Source: Ylistrum balloti (taxonomy: Eukaryota). From it: a stretch of DNA of 64,000 nt. Positions 1 through 12,689 of the stretch are shown in pieces. Numbering within the stretch: the stretch's first letter is position 1; the number at the start of each line of letters is the position of its first letter. Where the stretch lies: positions 744,001 to 808,000 of the forward strand of contig NW_026781926.1 of assembly GCF_031769215.1 (NCBI RefSeq). The letters are read 5' to 3'. The translations under genes were made by a program, and so were the position numbers. Under the pieces are notes generated by a model. It had not been told where the DNA came from, did no database searches, and was given only the letters and a program-made list of their open reading frames with translations.

Positions 1-1078
1 CTGTCACCACTGTATCCCCTGTCACCACTCTATCCCCCTGTCACCACTATATTCCCCTGTCACCACTATATCCCTTGTGTATCCCCCTGTCACCACTGTA
101 TCCCCTGTCACCACTCTATCCCCCTGTCACCACTATATTCCCCTGTCACCACTATATCCCTTGTGTATCCCCCTGTCACCACTGTATCCCCTGTCACCAC
201 TCTATCCCCCTGTCACCACTATATTCCCCTGTCACCACTATATCCCCTGTGTATCCCCCTGTCACCACTGTATCCCCTGTCACCACTCTATCCCCCTGTC
301 ACCACTATATTCCCCTGTCACCACTATATCCCTTGTGTATCCCCCTTTCACCACTGTATCCCCTGTCACCACTCTATTCCCCTGTCACCAACATATCCCT
401 TGTCACCACTTATCCCTGTCATCACCATATCCCCTGTGTATCCCTTGTCACCACTATATCCCCTGTCACCACTATATCCCCTGTGTATCTCCCTGTCACA
501 ACTTTATCACCCTGTCACCACTGTATCCCCTGTCACCACTATATCCCCCTGTCACCACTGTATTCCCTGTCACCACTATATCCCCCTGTCACCACTATAT
601 CCCCCTATCACCACTATATCCTATCACCACTGTATCCCGTCACCACTGTATCCCCTGTCACCACTATATCCCCTGTCACCACTATATCCCCCTGTCACCA
701 CTATATCCCCTGTCACAACTATATCTCCCTGTCACCACTATATCCTCTGTCACCAATATATCTCCTGTCACCTCTGTATCTCCCTGTCACCACTATATCC
801 ACCTGTCACCACTATATCCTCCTGTCACCACTATATCTCCCTGTCACCACTATACCCCCTGTCACCACTTATCTCCCTGTCACCACTGTATCCCCTGTCA
901 CCACTATATCCCCCTGTCACCACTGTATCCCCCTGTCACCACTATATCCCCCTGTCACCACTGTATCCCCTGTCACCACTATATCCCCTTTTCACCACTA
1001 TATCCCTCTATCACCACTATATCCCATCACCACTGTATCCCCTGTCACCACTATATCCCCTGTCACCACTATATTCCT
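1..1078. repeat. Minisatellite, 18-19 bp unit ctgtcaccactrtatccc(c); runs off the left edge
   Basis: Direct tandem copies. The left part has an 86-bp higher-order period (starts at 1, 87, 173, 259, 345). Confidence 0.97.
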
Positions 1079-1756
1079 CGTCTGAACTGTATACCATTAG
1101 TTCCATTAGGAACTCACCATGTCATCTTGGCTGTTGGGTCTGATTTCAGGACCCAGAATTGCGTGTGAAGGCTGATCTGACATGGGAGGCTATGATGATA
1201 CCTGTCTGGAGACAAATAAACCCTTATCTCTTTAATTGCCAGCAAATGTTGGTGAGAATTCTGTCATTTTTACAGTCAGCAAGTCTCCATGTGGCCACCT
1301 CGACACACAGCTGTCCGATATGCTCACTTCCAATTGTTTTAATTACACTGGAAGCTTCAATTTGTTGGGAATCTATCACATCAAATTATCAACAATTACG
1401 TCCCAAATAAAATAGTGACACTTTCACACAAAGCAACCACAAACATGAATTGAAATTGTGACACTAACATGAAATAAATTCTTTCCAAAACTTAATACAA
1501 TTTCTTGGCACTTCTGAATTCCATACCAATTAAATCGAATTTTACTTGATCAGACATAATATCTTATAGGATGAAGAATTTTCTCACAAACAAAAAACAT
1601 TTGAATTTGCTTTGATATATGATTTAGTCAAGTTGAAATGAATTTGTTGAAGTTTTAAGATCCCCTGCTTGTTCCGGCAAATGTCAAGCATCAACTTTTT
1701 ACTTTCAATATTCTCTTAATAACCAAATGGCACAGGATCATAATACTTAGTGTGTA

Positions 1757-2430
1757 GCAGGCAGGGATGTAGGGCTACCATGAAGTAGCTTAAAATATTT
1801 CTATGACAATTCTATGACCAAGAGGCCCAGGATACTGATATTGGGCCTGCAGCAGGCAGGGATGTAGGGCTACCATGAAGTAGCTTAAAATATTTCTATG
1901 ACAATTCTATAACCAAGAGGCCCAGGATACTGATATTGGGCCTGCAGCAGGCAGGGATGTAGGGCTTATAACCAAGAGGCCCAGGATACTGATATTGGGC
2001 CTGCAGCAGGCAGGGATGTAGGGCTACCATGAAGTAGCTTAAAATATTTCTATGACAATTCTATAACCAAGAGGCCCAGGATACTGATATTGGGCCTGCA
2101 GCAGGCAGGGATGTAGGGCTTATAACCAAGAGGCCCAGGGTACTGATATTGGGCCTGCAGCAGGCAGGGATGTAGGGCTACCATGAAGTAGCTTAAAATA
2201 TTTCTATGACAATTCTATAACCAAGAGGCCCAGGATACTGATATTGGGCCTGCAGCAGGCAGGGATGTAGGGCTTACAACCAAGAGGCCCAGGATACTGA
2301 TATTGGGCCTGCAGCAGGCAGGGATGTAGGGCTACCATGAAGTAGCTTAAAATATTTCTATGACAATTCTATGACCAAGAGGCCCAGGATACTGATATTG
2401 GGCCTGCAGCAGGCAGGGATGTAGGGCTAC
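1757..2430. repeat. Tandem array of 95-bp units and 59-bp deletion-variant units
   Basis: gcaggcagggatg starts at 1757, 1852, 1947, 2006, 2101, 2160, 2255, 2314, 2409 (spacings 95,95,59,95,59,95,59,95). Confidence 0.97.
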
Positions 2431-2654
2431 CAAGTTTGTTCATGTAAATGACCCTGACCCTTTTCCAGTTATGGGGTGTGGGGGGTGTGGGGTTGGGGGG
2501 GGGGGGGAAGGGGTTGCTTGGTTTTTTGGATAAATGTTTTAAGTCTTCAAAGTATGTCTTTTCAATAACCCCATCAGTCCACTGTATTTGTGTGATAGCA
2601 TCTTTGGAAAAAACTATTAAGTTTTTAGAAATTGGTTTGATGAAGTTTTAAACC

Positions 2655-3465
2655 CATTGACGACCATCAGCGTCAACTTTTACTTAAAATGACTTCTCCT
2701 GATTAATGGAATGGTGAAGAGTAATGGTATTTGACTGGAAGGTTCCTTGGATAATGCCCAACAAAATACTTTGTGAAAAGAAATAACCTTGATCCATATT
2801 TAGGATCACAAAGACCGAATTGGTTAAAAATAACAGCAGTTTCTGATTAGCAAAAAGGCCTAGAATCATGATGTTTCGCATGTAGATTTCGGGGATGCTG
2901 CTTGACAAAGTTTACAAAAAAGAAATTACCTTGACTGATATTCAAAGTCACACTATTTAAATTTGTTTAAACTATCAATTAACTTCTTTTGATGAACCAA
3001 AAGGCCTAGAACCATGATATTTGGTGGTTAGGTTCCTAAGATAAATTCTGACAAGGTTTGTGAACAGAAATTACCTTGACCCATATTTAAGATCAAAGGG
3101 ATCAAATTTGTAAAAACATTCAAACAGCTTCTTCTGAATAACCAGAAGGCTTAGATTCACAATGTTTACATTCAAACAGCTTCTTCTGAATAACCAGAAG
3201 GCCTAGATTCACAATGTTTACATTGAAGCAGCTTCTTCTGAATAACCAGAAGGCCTAGATTCACAATGTTTGGCTGGCAGGTTTCTGTGACAAAGCCCAA
3301 CAAATTTAATTTGAAAAAATGACCTTGACCCATGTCCAAGGTGACAGTGGGTCAAATTTATTATAACTTTTAAATAACTTTTCCTCATTGACTGAGGCAT
3401 TGACTGTCAGTGATGTGTAATATTAATATATTTGTGAAAAGCATTGAATACCAGGTGAGCGATGG
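2655..3465 (+). mobile_element. Degenerate non-autonomous Helentron/HINE-like element with internal ~146-bp-family repeats
   Basis: The 3' subterminal motif ccaggtgagcgat is at 3451-3463. Internal ccttgacccatatt..ggtcaaat units are shared with the 51950-52675 element. It contains a 52-bp triplication at 3121/3173/3225. Confidence 0.65.
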
Positions 3466-6400
3466 AGAACTCTGATTTTTTTTTTCAATAAAGCGGAAGG
3501 GAAGGCATACATGAAGGGGTGACTATTGAGGCTGATAAAGCTATCATATGATATTACGATAGTAAAATTACTGTTGTGATACCAGTGGGTATTGCAATAC
3601 TGTCAAGATAGGGGATTTTTTAACCCAGAAATAAAGTCACAAACCCATTTATTGTATCAGAATGCTCAGTTCAGTAAATATTATAGCTGAAAAAATTATT
3701 TTATATATAAATATACTATTCTGTGAAATTCATATACATCTGGACTACATATATCTAGTGAAGATATTATAACAGGCATTTACCAAATGAAGGTGCCCAT
3801 GTTTTCAAAACAGGAGTTTAAATGCGACTGGTTTTGAGAAATTTTGTCATTGATTTTTACCAAACCAAAGTGCTGTCATTATTGCTGCTTTTGCATTTTT
3901 AGCGAGACAATTTTTAAAATGCCGCTAGGCAGGTTGTTTATCAAATCAGGTCATTTCAAAATGGGTTGAAAACATGGACACGGCGTTAAAGAAGTCACCA
4001 CCTCCTTTAAACATACACTGTAGATTTCATTACATCAAAATGGAGACAAAATAGCAATACTTTTATAAACTCTCGTCAATGTAACAACTTATGCTTAAAA
4101 TTCTGTTTGTATTCGCAGTAGGTGATTTAGTGCTGTAACAGATGGAGGTACTGAAGATGCTTTCATAAAGAAATGAAATGACATTTGACAATAACTTGCA
4201 ATAATTTGCTTGTAAGAAGCATTTTTGTTCAGAAGAATAAACTTTCTTTAACAATGGATAGTTGAACAAATTATCACAATATTTATTGACTTGAAAAATT
4301 GCTATCAACTTTCTACTATCAAGAGCAAAGCTGTCGCAATACATCAGTTAGTTACACCATGTTTCACAAACATACTTCTGTATTGTTATGGTCATGACCG
4401 GTATCTCATTCTGTGCTGTACTTTTAATTGACTTGAAGAAAATGATCAAAGAGTGATTCATTGATGAAAATTATTTCAAACTACAACAAACATTTATATA
4501 TATCTTATAAAAATTTCCATTTTCTATTGGAAAATTTCAATTATTTTTTCACCTTGAAAATATTTCCTTATCAAAGATTTTTTAGTTGGAAAAAAATTAC
4601 ATTTAAACTCCATTATTTTGAGATGTATTTTCCCGAATTTTGTAGTAAAATACTTCTTTAGTCATTTTCTGCATTGTATATACATTTAAGGTGACATTTC
4701 CCTGATGTTTGTTAACTGACATGATAATTTTTTCTGAGGTGGCATTGTGTACATTGGTTAAGTCTTACTCATAAAAACAGAAACCACAAATTCTGTGTGA
4801 AAATCAGAAAGGAAAAAAAATCAAGTGGCTAGGTTTGGTCTAGCAATCCCAAGTAAGTCATTATAGCAATCGAAAAAACACAAGACAATGATTTGATTCC
4901 AGAATTAAACAGACAATGTATTCTGTCTATTGGATAAACTGAAGACAAAGGTTTGATATCTAAATAGGGAGAATACTTGTCTAGTGAACAGTAATCACAG
5001 AGAAATCTACATGACAATGGGCTTAGGCAGGCTTCAAATATACTAAAACAGCAAGGTAATTGATCAATTTAGTGAAAATTGAAGATTTTACATAGAATCA
5101 ACATGGAACACTGCATAAATTTTGTATTGGTATATATAAGGAAATCTGATATAACCACAACCAAATTTGAAAAATGTCTGTATTTTTGCTGTTTGGCATA
5201 AGGCATTAGTCTGGGCAAAGCATCAGGAGTTTTATCAGAGTTGTCTGTGAGATGGACAAACGTTGGGCGACACATCAAGATGACCATTACCCGAGGGACG
5301 GCGGATGTTGCCAATAACTTGTAAATGCTAACGCTGTAATCGCATTTGATAATGGACACCACATGTAGTTTTAAAGGAAAATCTTTTTTTCTTGTTTTTC
5401 TATAGCACATTTTGTGTGTCAAATTAGGATTTTCTACAAAGGTTAAGTACCTCAGATTCTTCTCAGATATAGAAGCAACAGATACTGTACAACATTAAAC
5501 CAAAGTTGTATTAGATTGTACAAAATTATTTAAAATATAACATTGTCAGTGTTTTTACCCTTACATTCTCTATAAAAACCGAAAAAGGTTTTTAAACAGA
5601 TTTGCGTTTGTGTTTCGGAGATGAATTTCTGGTATATGGTGAGATTTGAATAAAGATCAAAGACCAGAAGTGTTAAGTAAGGAGAGATATAACATGTTGA
5701 TGGTGTGTTTGTTCTCAGTAAAAACTGTCCCACTAATGAATGATGTCAATGACAATAATTGATAACCAATCTTATTACAATAATCACAAATAAGCAAAAT
5801 TAGTTTCTACAATTTTTTTTATATTTTTTTCTTTAAATGAAGAAAAAAAACACCCTGTCACCCTGATGACTTGTCGCCATGACAATGAGGGTCTCCGGTA
5901 TAAATGACCTTGAGGTGTTTTAAAGTGCTTGTAGAGGTGATTGTGACCTGTTGTTCCCTGTAGTGTTTAAATTTCTTCTGTTTATTGCTGACTTTTGAAG
6001 ATTATTGAAGGTTAATCACCTTTAGCATTTTGCTTGTTGAAGAAGATGTGACTTATATGAGGTAATGGTTGTGTCCCAGAGGAACCAAACCATAGGGGCG
6101 TACAAGTACACTCACCCATGGTATTGTCTCTGAGATGACACCTCTCATAGGACACCACTAACCAATGCATATCATACTTTTTCTTTGATTACACGGGAAA
6201 GCAAAAGTTTTTCATGAGCATACTAAATTTTTGATATTAGTAATAGCACAAAATATTCTGTTTTTTTTTTTTTTTTTTTGTTTATTTAAATATTTGAACA
6301 TGAAATTTATTTCTAAAATTTTAATGCAAATAGATAATGAATGCAGTGATGGACTGATGCTGTTATTTGCATATTCATGTGTTTGTCAGTGCCTATTCGT

Positions 6401-9400
6401 TACAGCTTTAGTCTTGTTATGCTATAGTTAAGCGTGACTGAGATTATTAAATTTAGTGATTTATTGGCATTTTATGTTCTGTCTCAGCTGTGTCATTATC
6501 ATTGCTAATTTTTTAGCAATAAAATTACATAAGATTTCAGAGTTGATTTTTTTTTGCCAATTAATCATACACACATTTCAATAAAATGCACCTAGTTTGA
6601 CACTTTGATTGTTTGTAACCTCACTGGAACAGTATTACACTTTCACACACTAACACTAATCCAAATATTCACTGAGTAGTTTTTTCTCTTTTAATATTTT
6701 CCACCCATTTTCTGCCTTAAAATACACCTGTGTGCAGCATACGTATATTGCAATGTTTTGTAATGCCACATCCCACATCCCACACTGTATCTATTACTGG
6801 AGACAAACATTTGGATTACCCTGGTTTTATTTTTCAGGTAATAAGTCGAGGTCAAAGATGTAATTACAAAAAAAAATATTTTTCAAAAAAAACCTTTGAA
6901 AAAATTTTAGAAGAATTTTGATTGTTATTTGATTTAGATGAAATGTGTAATGATCATTTCATTGTCTTGTGGTACTGATATATGGTACAAGGAAGATTTC
7001 AGATGTGATTGATGAAATGTTTGATTTAAATTTATTTGTGGTTTAAATGTAAATATATAATAAATGCAAATGAACACATGTGATAAATTAACATTATTCT
7101 TATCATCTTCAAATTAATTCATAAATCCCTTTTTTCAATACCTTAATCTTTTTTTATCTCATAGCTTTTCAGTATTTTAATAATTTCCTAAATCTTGTTT
7201 CATTGTTGAATGAAGCAGTTTTGGGAATATTACATTTCAAAATTATAATTAACTATATCAATATTTTACCGTTAACTCATTTTTTTTTTTTTTTTTTGTA
7301 ACTCATTCTTTTGATTTGTTTTTTTTGATAAATTTAAAACTCAATAATTTACATGTTTAGCAAAGAAACAGATTTTATTACAAATTCCTGTATGTTGTAA
7401 TTAACCAATTACAAAACAGATAATTATTATCAGTAATAACGGTTTGAGCTTTCAATGTTCCACTTCAGTAATGTCTATTTACATGATGAAATATGGGACA
7501 AACCTTGATGTATCATTCATATAAATAGATTTTGAGATATTCTTGAAAAATTCTTAAAGACAACATACTTTTAAACTAGGCAATGCCTGGTTTTCTTTTC
7601 GTACATATCCCAATATTTTGTTTGTTAAAATCAAGATATTAAACAAAACTTCTAACAATATATCATGATTACTAATCACTATTAAGATAATTTATATATG
7701 TGTTTTTTGATAGATTGGTCTCCTTGTTAAAGAATATTCCTCTTAAAATATCAGCAGCTCTCGTTTTATTTTTTTTAAATAATAGTGAACTTTCTTAGCC
7801 ATTAGCCTTTAAAAAAAGTGTTTTTTTTATTTATTTTTTCAATTTTGTTGACAGATTATTTTTCTGAATAAATGTAGTAAAAATCCCATTCGACCTCTTT
7901 AAAAAGTTGGAGTATTGTTTCAACATTCCTTTTGTTAGTGGATAAGATGAGGACTAGACTCTAGAATTTGATGGAGTGAAGGGTCCAGACCTGTACCTGA
8001 CATGTCTCTACATCAATTCTTTATCACTTACCAACACAAAAGTACAGTGTAACATTGGTCGGCTGGGCTAGCAGACCGTTACAGGCTCAGGGGAGATAAT
8101 TCATACAGCCGAAACAGATTTACATCAAAACCTACCACCACCATCTCTCCTCAATAATTATTACAAATTCACCCAAAGCTTTTTATTGTCAGAACCTCGT
8201 CCAATGTGCATGACTGTTTATGTATGGACTGGAATATGTATGAGGAATTAAAATCTAATTAAAATGTATTAAAAGAGTTGCTTGTGTACTAATGATAATG
8301 GAGAAATATACATCCAATGGCCAGTCCTCGCCACTGGACAACACTAAACAATTCCAACACTCCAATCAATACTTCCCTCCTCTCAAACCTGGTCTCTCAG
8401 GATTTTCTGTCAAATAACTTTTTGTATGTCTGCCGCAGTATTTCTGGCGGTTAATTGGTAAATGTAAATAAAACAAAATTATTTCCTTTTTTCCTTTATT
8501 TGTTATAGATAAAACAAATTTTAGGCATTAAAACCCCAAACAGGAAAGCCTGTATGGCTCGGAGTTCAGTCATATGTAGGAAATCGTGGCGTGCAAATTA
8601 AGCACTGGGAATTAAAATAGAGCCGTGTTTCGGAGAACTATAGTTTTTGAAATTGGATTATTAAGCATGGAACCTTTAATACTATCATTAAAGAGAAATG
8701 CTTGACGACTTTGATCTTTGGTATTGAATAAAAAAAAAACTCTTGTGTAAAATTTTAATATTGAAGGAGAGAATTAAATGTTGCATACTAAAGACAAGTG
8801 CATGCCTATTGATTACGGTACAGTGACCGAGGTTTGAGATGGCCACTGTTTCACTGGCGATCGGCCCAAGCATTATCCCTCATACTATCAAGAGAAGTGA
8901 GGCATACTATTTGGATATTGAAATTGATTTCAAAAAGCTTTCTATGAATTTGTTACGCCTAGTGGATCTAGTGATCGGATTCAATTCACGCATCCTTGGC
9001 TTTTATTGCTATTGAAACCGAGTCCCATGGGACCATAACTTGGAAAAATAAAATTCGAGACCAACCTCTGTATATGGTAGAAGTTACTTTGTTCTATGGC
9101 CGCAGAGCTCGAAGCAGTAGTAAAATAGGCTTAATTCGGGAGGGAGAGGGTTTGGTCACGCTGATTCTAATCGGTCGCCATGATTATAATAATTACCAAC
9201 AATTAACTGTATTTCCTCAAGTGGAACATCAACATGAAAGGTTCTGTTTAACTCGACTATTAGCATTCATTAAAACATATTTCTAGATCAAGTATTGCAG
9301 AACTTTGTTCAGTGCTCAGTACATCACTAACAATCAAGAATTTGAATACCACTATTTTGTTTTCTGGATGGTTAAGTAGAAATAAAAGATGGGAGATAAG

Positions 9401-9662
9401 TTGCATTGCATTGATCCGTTATTCCTTACCCTAATGAAGTGGAACTTCAAATTATCATGCATGACTAATCAGCTTCTTTTGAAATGAAAACTGAAAATAG
9501 TTTTTCCCAATGTCCAACATTAAATTGTAATATGTTTGTCAGTTTGGGGAGGAAACATTAATGAAAATGATTCTCACACTCATTCAAAAATAATGTGTGA
9601 TCTAAACTGAAGATAAAATCATCATTTAGAACATTAATATCAATCATGTATGAGTAGATAAA

Positions 9663-12059
9663 GTCAGGGACAGGTACATCTGGTGGGGGTGTTGTCAGGG
9701 ACAGGTACATCAGGTGGGGGTGTTGTCAGGGACAGGTACATCTGGTGGGGGTGTTGTCAGGGACAGGTACATCGGGTGGGGGTGTTGTCAGGGACAGGTA
9801 CATCAGGTGGAGGTGTTGTCAGGGACAGGTACATCAGGTGGAGGTGTTGTCAGGGACAGGTACATCTGGTGGGGGTGTTGTCAGGGACAGGTACATCAGG
9901 TAGGGGTGTTGTCAGGGACAGGTACAGGTACATCTGGTGGGGGTGTTGTCAGGGACAGGTACATCTGGTGGGGGTGTTGTCAGGGACCGGTACATCAGGT
10001 GGGGGTGTTGTCAGGGACAGGTACAGGTACATCTGGTGGGGGTGTTGTCAGGGACAGGTACATCAGGTGGGGGTGTTGTCAGGGACAGGTACATCTGGTG
10101 GGGGTGTTGTCAGGGACAGGTACATCGGGTGGGGGTGTTGTCAGGGACAGGTACATCAGGTGGAGGTGTTGTCAGGGACAGATACATTAGGTGGTAGGGT
10201 TGTCAGGGACAGATACATTAGGTGGTAGGGTTGTCAGGGACAGGTACATCAGGTGATAGGGTTGTCAGGGACATACATTAGGTGGTAGGGTTGTCAGGAA
10301 CAGATACATCAGGGGGTCGGGTTGTCAGGGACAGGTATGTCAGGTGGTAGGGTTGTCAGGGACAGATACATTAGGTGGTAGGGTTGTCAGGGACAGATAC
10401 ATTTGGTGGAAGGGTTGTCAGGGACATACATTAGGCGGTAGGGATGTCAGGAACAGGTACATTAGGGGTCAGGTTGTCAGGGACAGGTATGTCAGGTGGT
10501 AGGGTTGTCAGGGACAGGTACATCAGGTGGGGGTAATGTCAGGGACCGGTACATCAGGTGGGGATGTTGTTAGGACAGATACATCAGGCGGGGGTGTTGT
10601 CAGGGACAGGTACATCAGGTGGGGGTGTTGTCAGGGACAGGTATGTCAGTTGTTAGGGTTGTTAGGACAGGTACATCAGGGGGTAGGGTTGTCAGAGACA
10701 GATACATCAGGTGGTAGGGTTGTCAGGGACAGATACATTAGGTGGTCGGGTTGTCAGGGACAGGTACATCAGGTGGGGGTAATGTCAGGGACCGGTACAT
10801 CAGGTGGGGATGTTGTTAGGACAGATACATCAAGTGAGGGTGTTGTCAGGGACAGGTACATCAGGTGGGGGTGTTGTCAGGGACAGGTACATCAGGTGGG
10901 GGTGTTGTCAGGGACAGGTATGTCAGTTGTTAGGGTTGTTAGGACAGGTACATCAAGGGGTAGGGTTGTCAGGGACAGATACATTAGGTGGTAGGGTTGT
11001 CAGGGACAGATACATTAGGTGGTAGGGTTGTCAGGGACAGGTACATCAGGTGATAGGGTTGTCAGGGACATACATTAGGTGGTAGGGTTGTCAGGAATAG
11101 ATACATCAGGGGGTCGGGTTGTCAGGGACAGGTATGGCAGGTGGTAGGGTTGTCAGGGACAGATACATTAGGTGGTAGGGTTGTCAGGGACAGATACATT
11201 AGGTGGTAGGGTTGTCAGGGACATACATTAGGCGGTAGGGTTGTCAGGAACAGATACATTAGGGGTCAGGTTGTCAGGGACAGGTATGTCAGGTGGTAGG
11301 GTTGTTAGGACAGATACATCAGGTGGTAGGGTTGTCAGGGACTGGTACATCAGGTGTTTGGGTTGTCAGGGACAGATATATTAGGTGGTAGGGTTGTTAG
11401 GACAGATACATCAGGTGGTAGGGTTGTCAGGGACAGATACATCAGGGGGTAGGGTTGTTAGGACAGGTACATCAGGTGGGGGTGTTGTCAGGGACCGGTA
11501 CATCAGGTGGGGATGTTGTTAGGACAGATACATCAGGTGGGGGTGTTGTCAGGGACAGGTTCATCAGGTGGGGGTGTTGTCAGGGACAGGTACATCAGGT
11601 GGGGGTGTTGTCAGAGACAGGTACATCAGGTGGGGGTGTTGTCAGGGACAGATACATCAGGTAGGGGTGTTGTCAGGGACAGGTACATCAGGTGGGTGTG
11701 TTGTCAGGTACAGGTACATCAGGTGGGGGTGTTGTCAGGGACAGGTACATCAGGTGGGGGTGTTGTCAGGGACAGATACATCAGGTAGGGGTGTTGTCAG
11801 GGACAGGTACATCAGGTGGGGGTGTTGTCAGGGACAGGTACATCAGGTGGGGGTGTTGTCAGGGACAGGTACATCAGGTGGGGGTGTTGTCAGGGACAGG
11901 TACATCAGGTGGAGGTGTTGTCAGAGACAGGTACATCAGGTGGGGATGTTGTCAGGGACAGGTACATTAGGTGGGGGTGTTGTCAGGGACAGGTACATCA
12001 GGTGGGGGTGTTGTCAGGGACAGGTACATCAGGTGGGGGTGTTGTCAGGGACAGATACC
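9663..12059. repeat. G-rich minisatellite, 31-bp unit ggggtgttgtcagggacaggtacatcaggtg, with a diverged central block
   Basis: Direct tandem copies; homogeneous flanks, with a variant core (ggtagggttgtcagggacagatacattaggt) at about 10180-11520. Confidence 0.97.
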
Positions 12060-12689
12060 TGAGATGTTAGGTTGTAATTATCAGTAATTACATCTGTTGT
12101 ACTGCACATCTTGTCTGATAAAACAGCAGGTTAAACAATGCACAGGCAATCAAACACACTGCTGCAAATTGGTTCAGATTTTTTCAATCAAATTGATGAG
12201 CGTTTAAAACGGCAAATAAAACGTTACATTAGAGCACCATGTGCTGTGAGACTGTGATAATTTTTCCATTTCACAACGCATTTGTTGCTTTGGTTGAATT
12301 TTTTTGCCAATTCATTAATTTGGATATGGCAGAAGAGACGGTTAAAATTTTAAGTGTCTGTGTGTAAGGACTATATAGGTGACAGACAAACAAATGAATA
12401 CAACAGTTTTAATGTCTTTCATTGTCACCTATAGCACAGCTCCACAGCCTGGGCACTTACACAGCACATGTAATTCATGTTTATGTCCAGGGTACACCAC
12501 GGGGATGTTTTATGAGGTATTAAGGGGACATCAGGGGCAAAAGTGGCTTTGTCTGTTCGGTGGACACTCAATGACCACAGAAGTGAAACTTGTGACAGGA
12601 TAGATTATTTATAGTGACCAGCTTCAAGTCACCTGTACAACAACTAATGTTTTATTTTATTGTTTAATTACATACATAGGACTTTTTAT

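Noticed and set aside
5858-5895. Hairpin accctgatgacttgtcgccatgacaatgagggt containing CTGATGA (hammerhead, SECIS or box C candidate)
   Set aside because: GAGG instead of GAAA follows stem II, so the hammerhead core is incomplete. The upper stem is only 5 bp with no AA loop, so it is not a SECIS. No box D partner was found.
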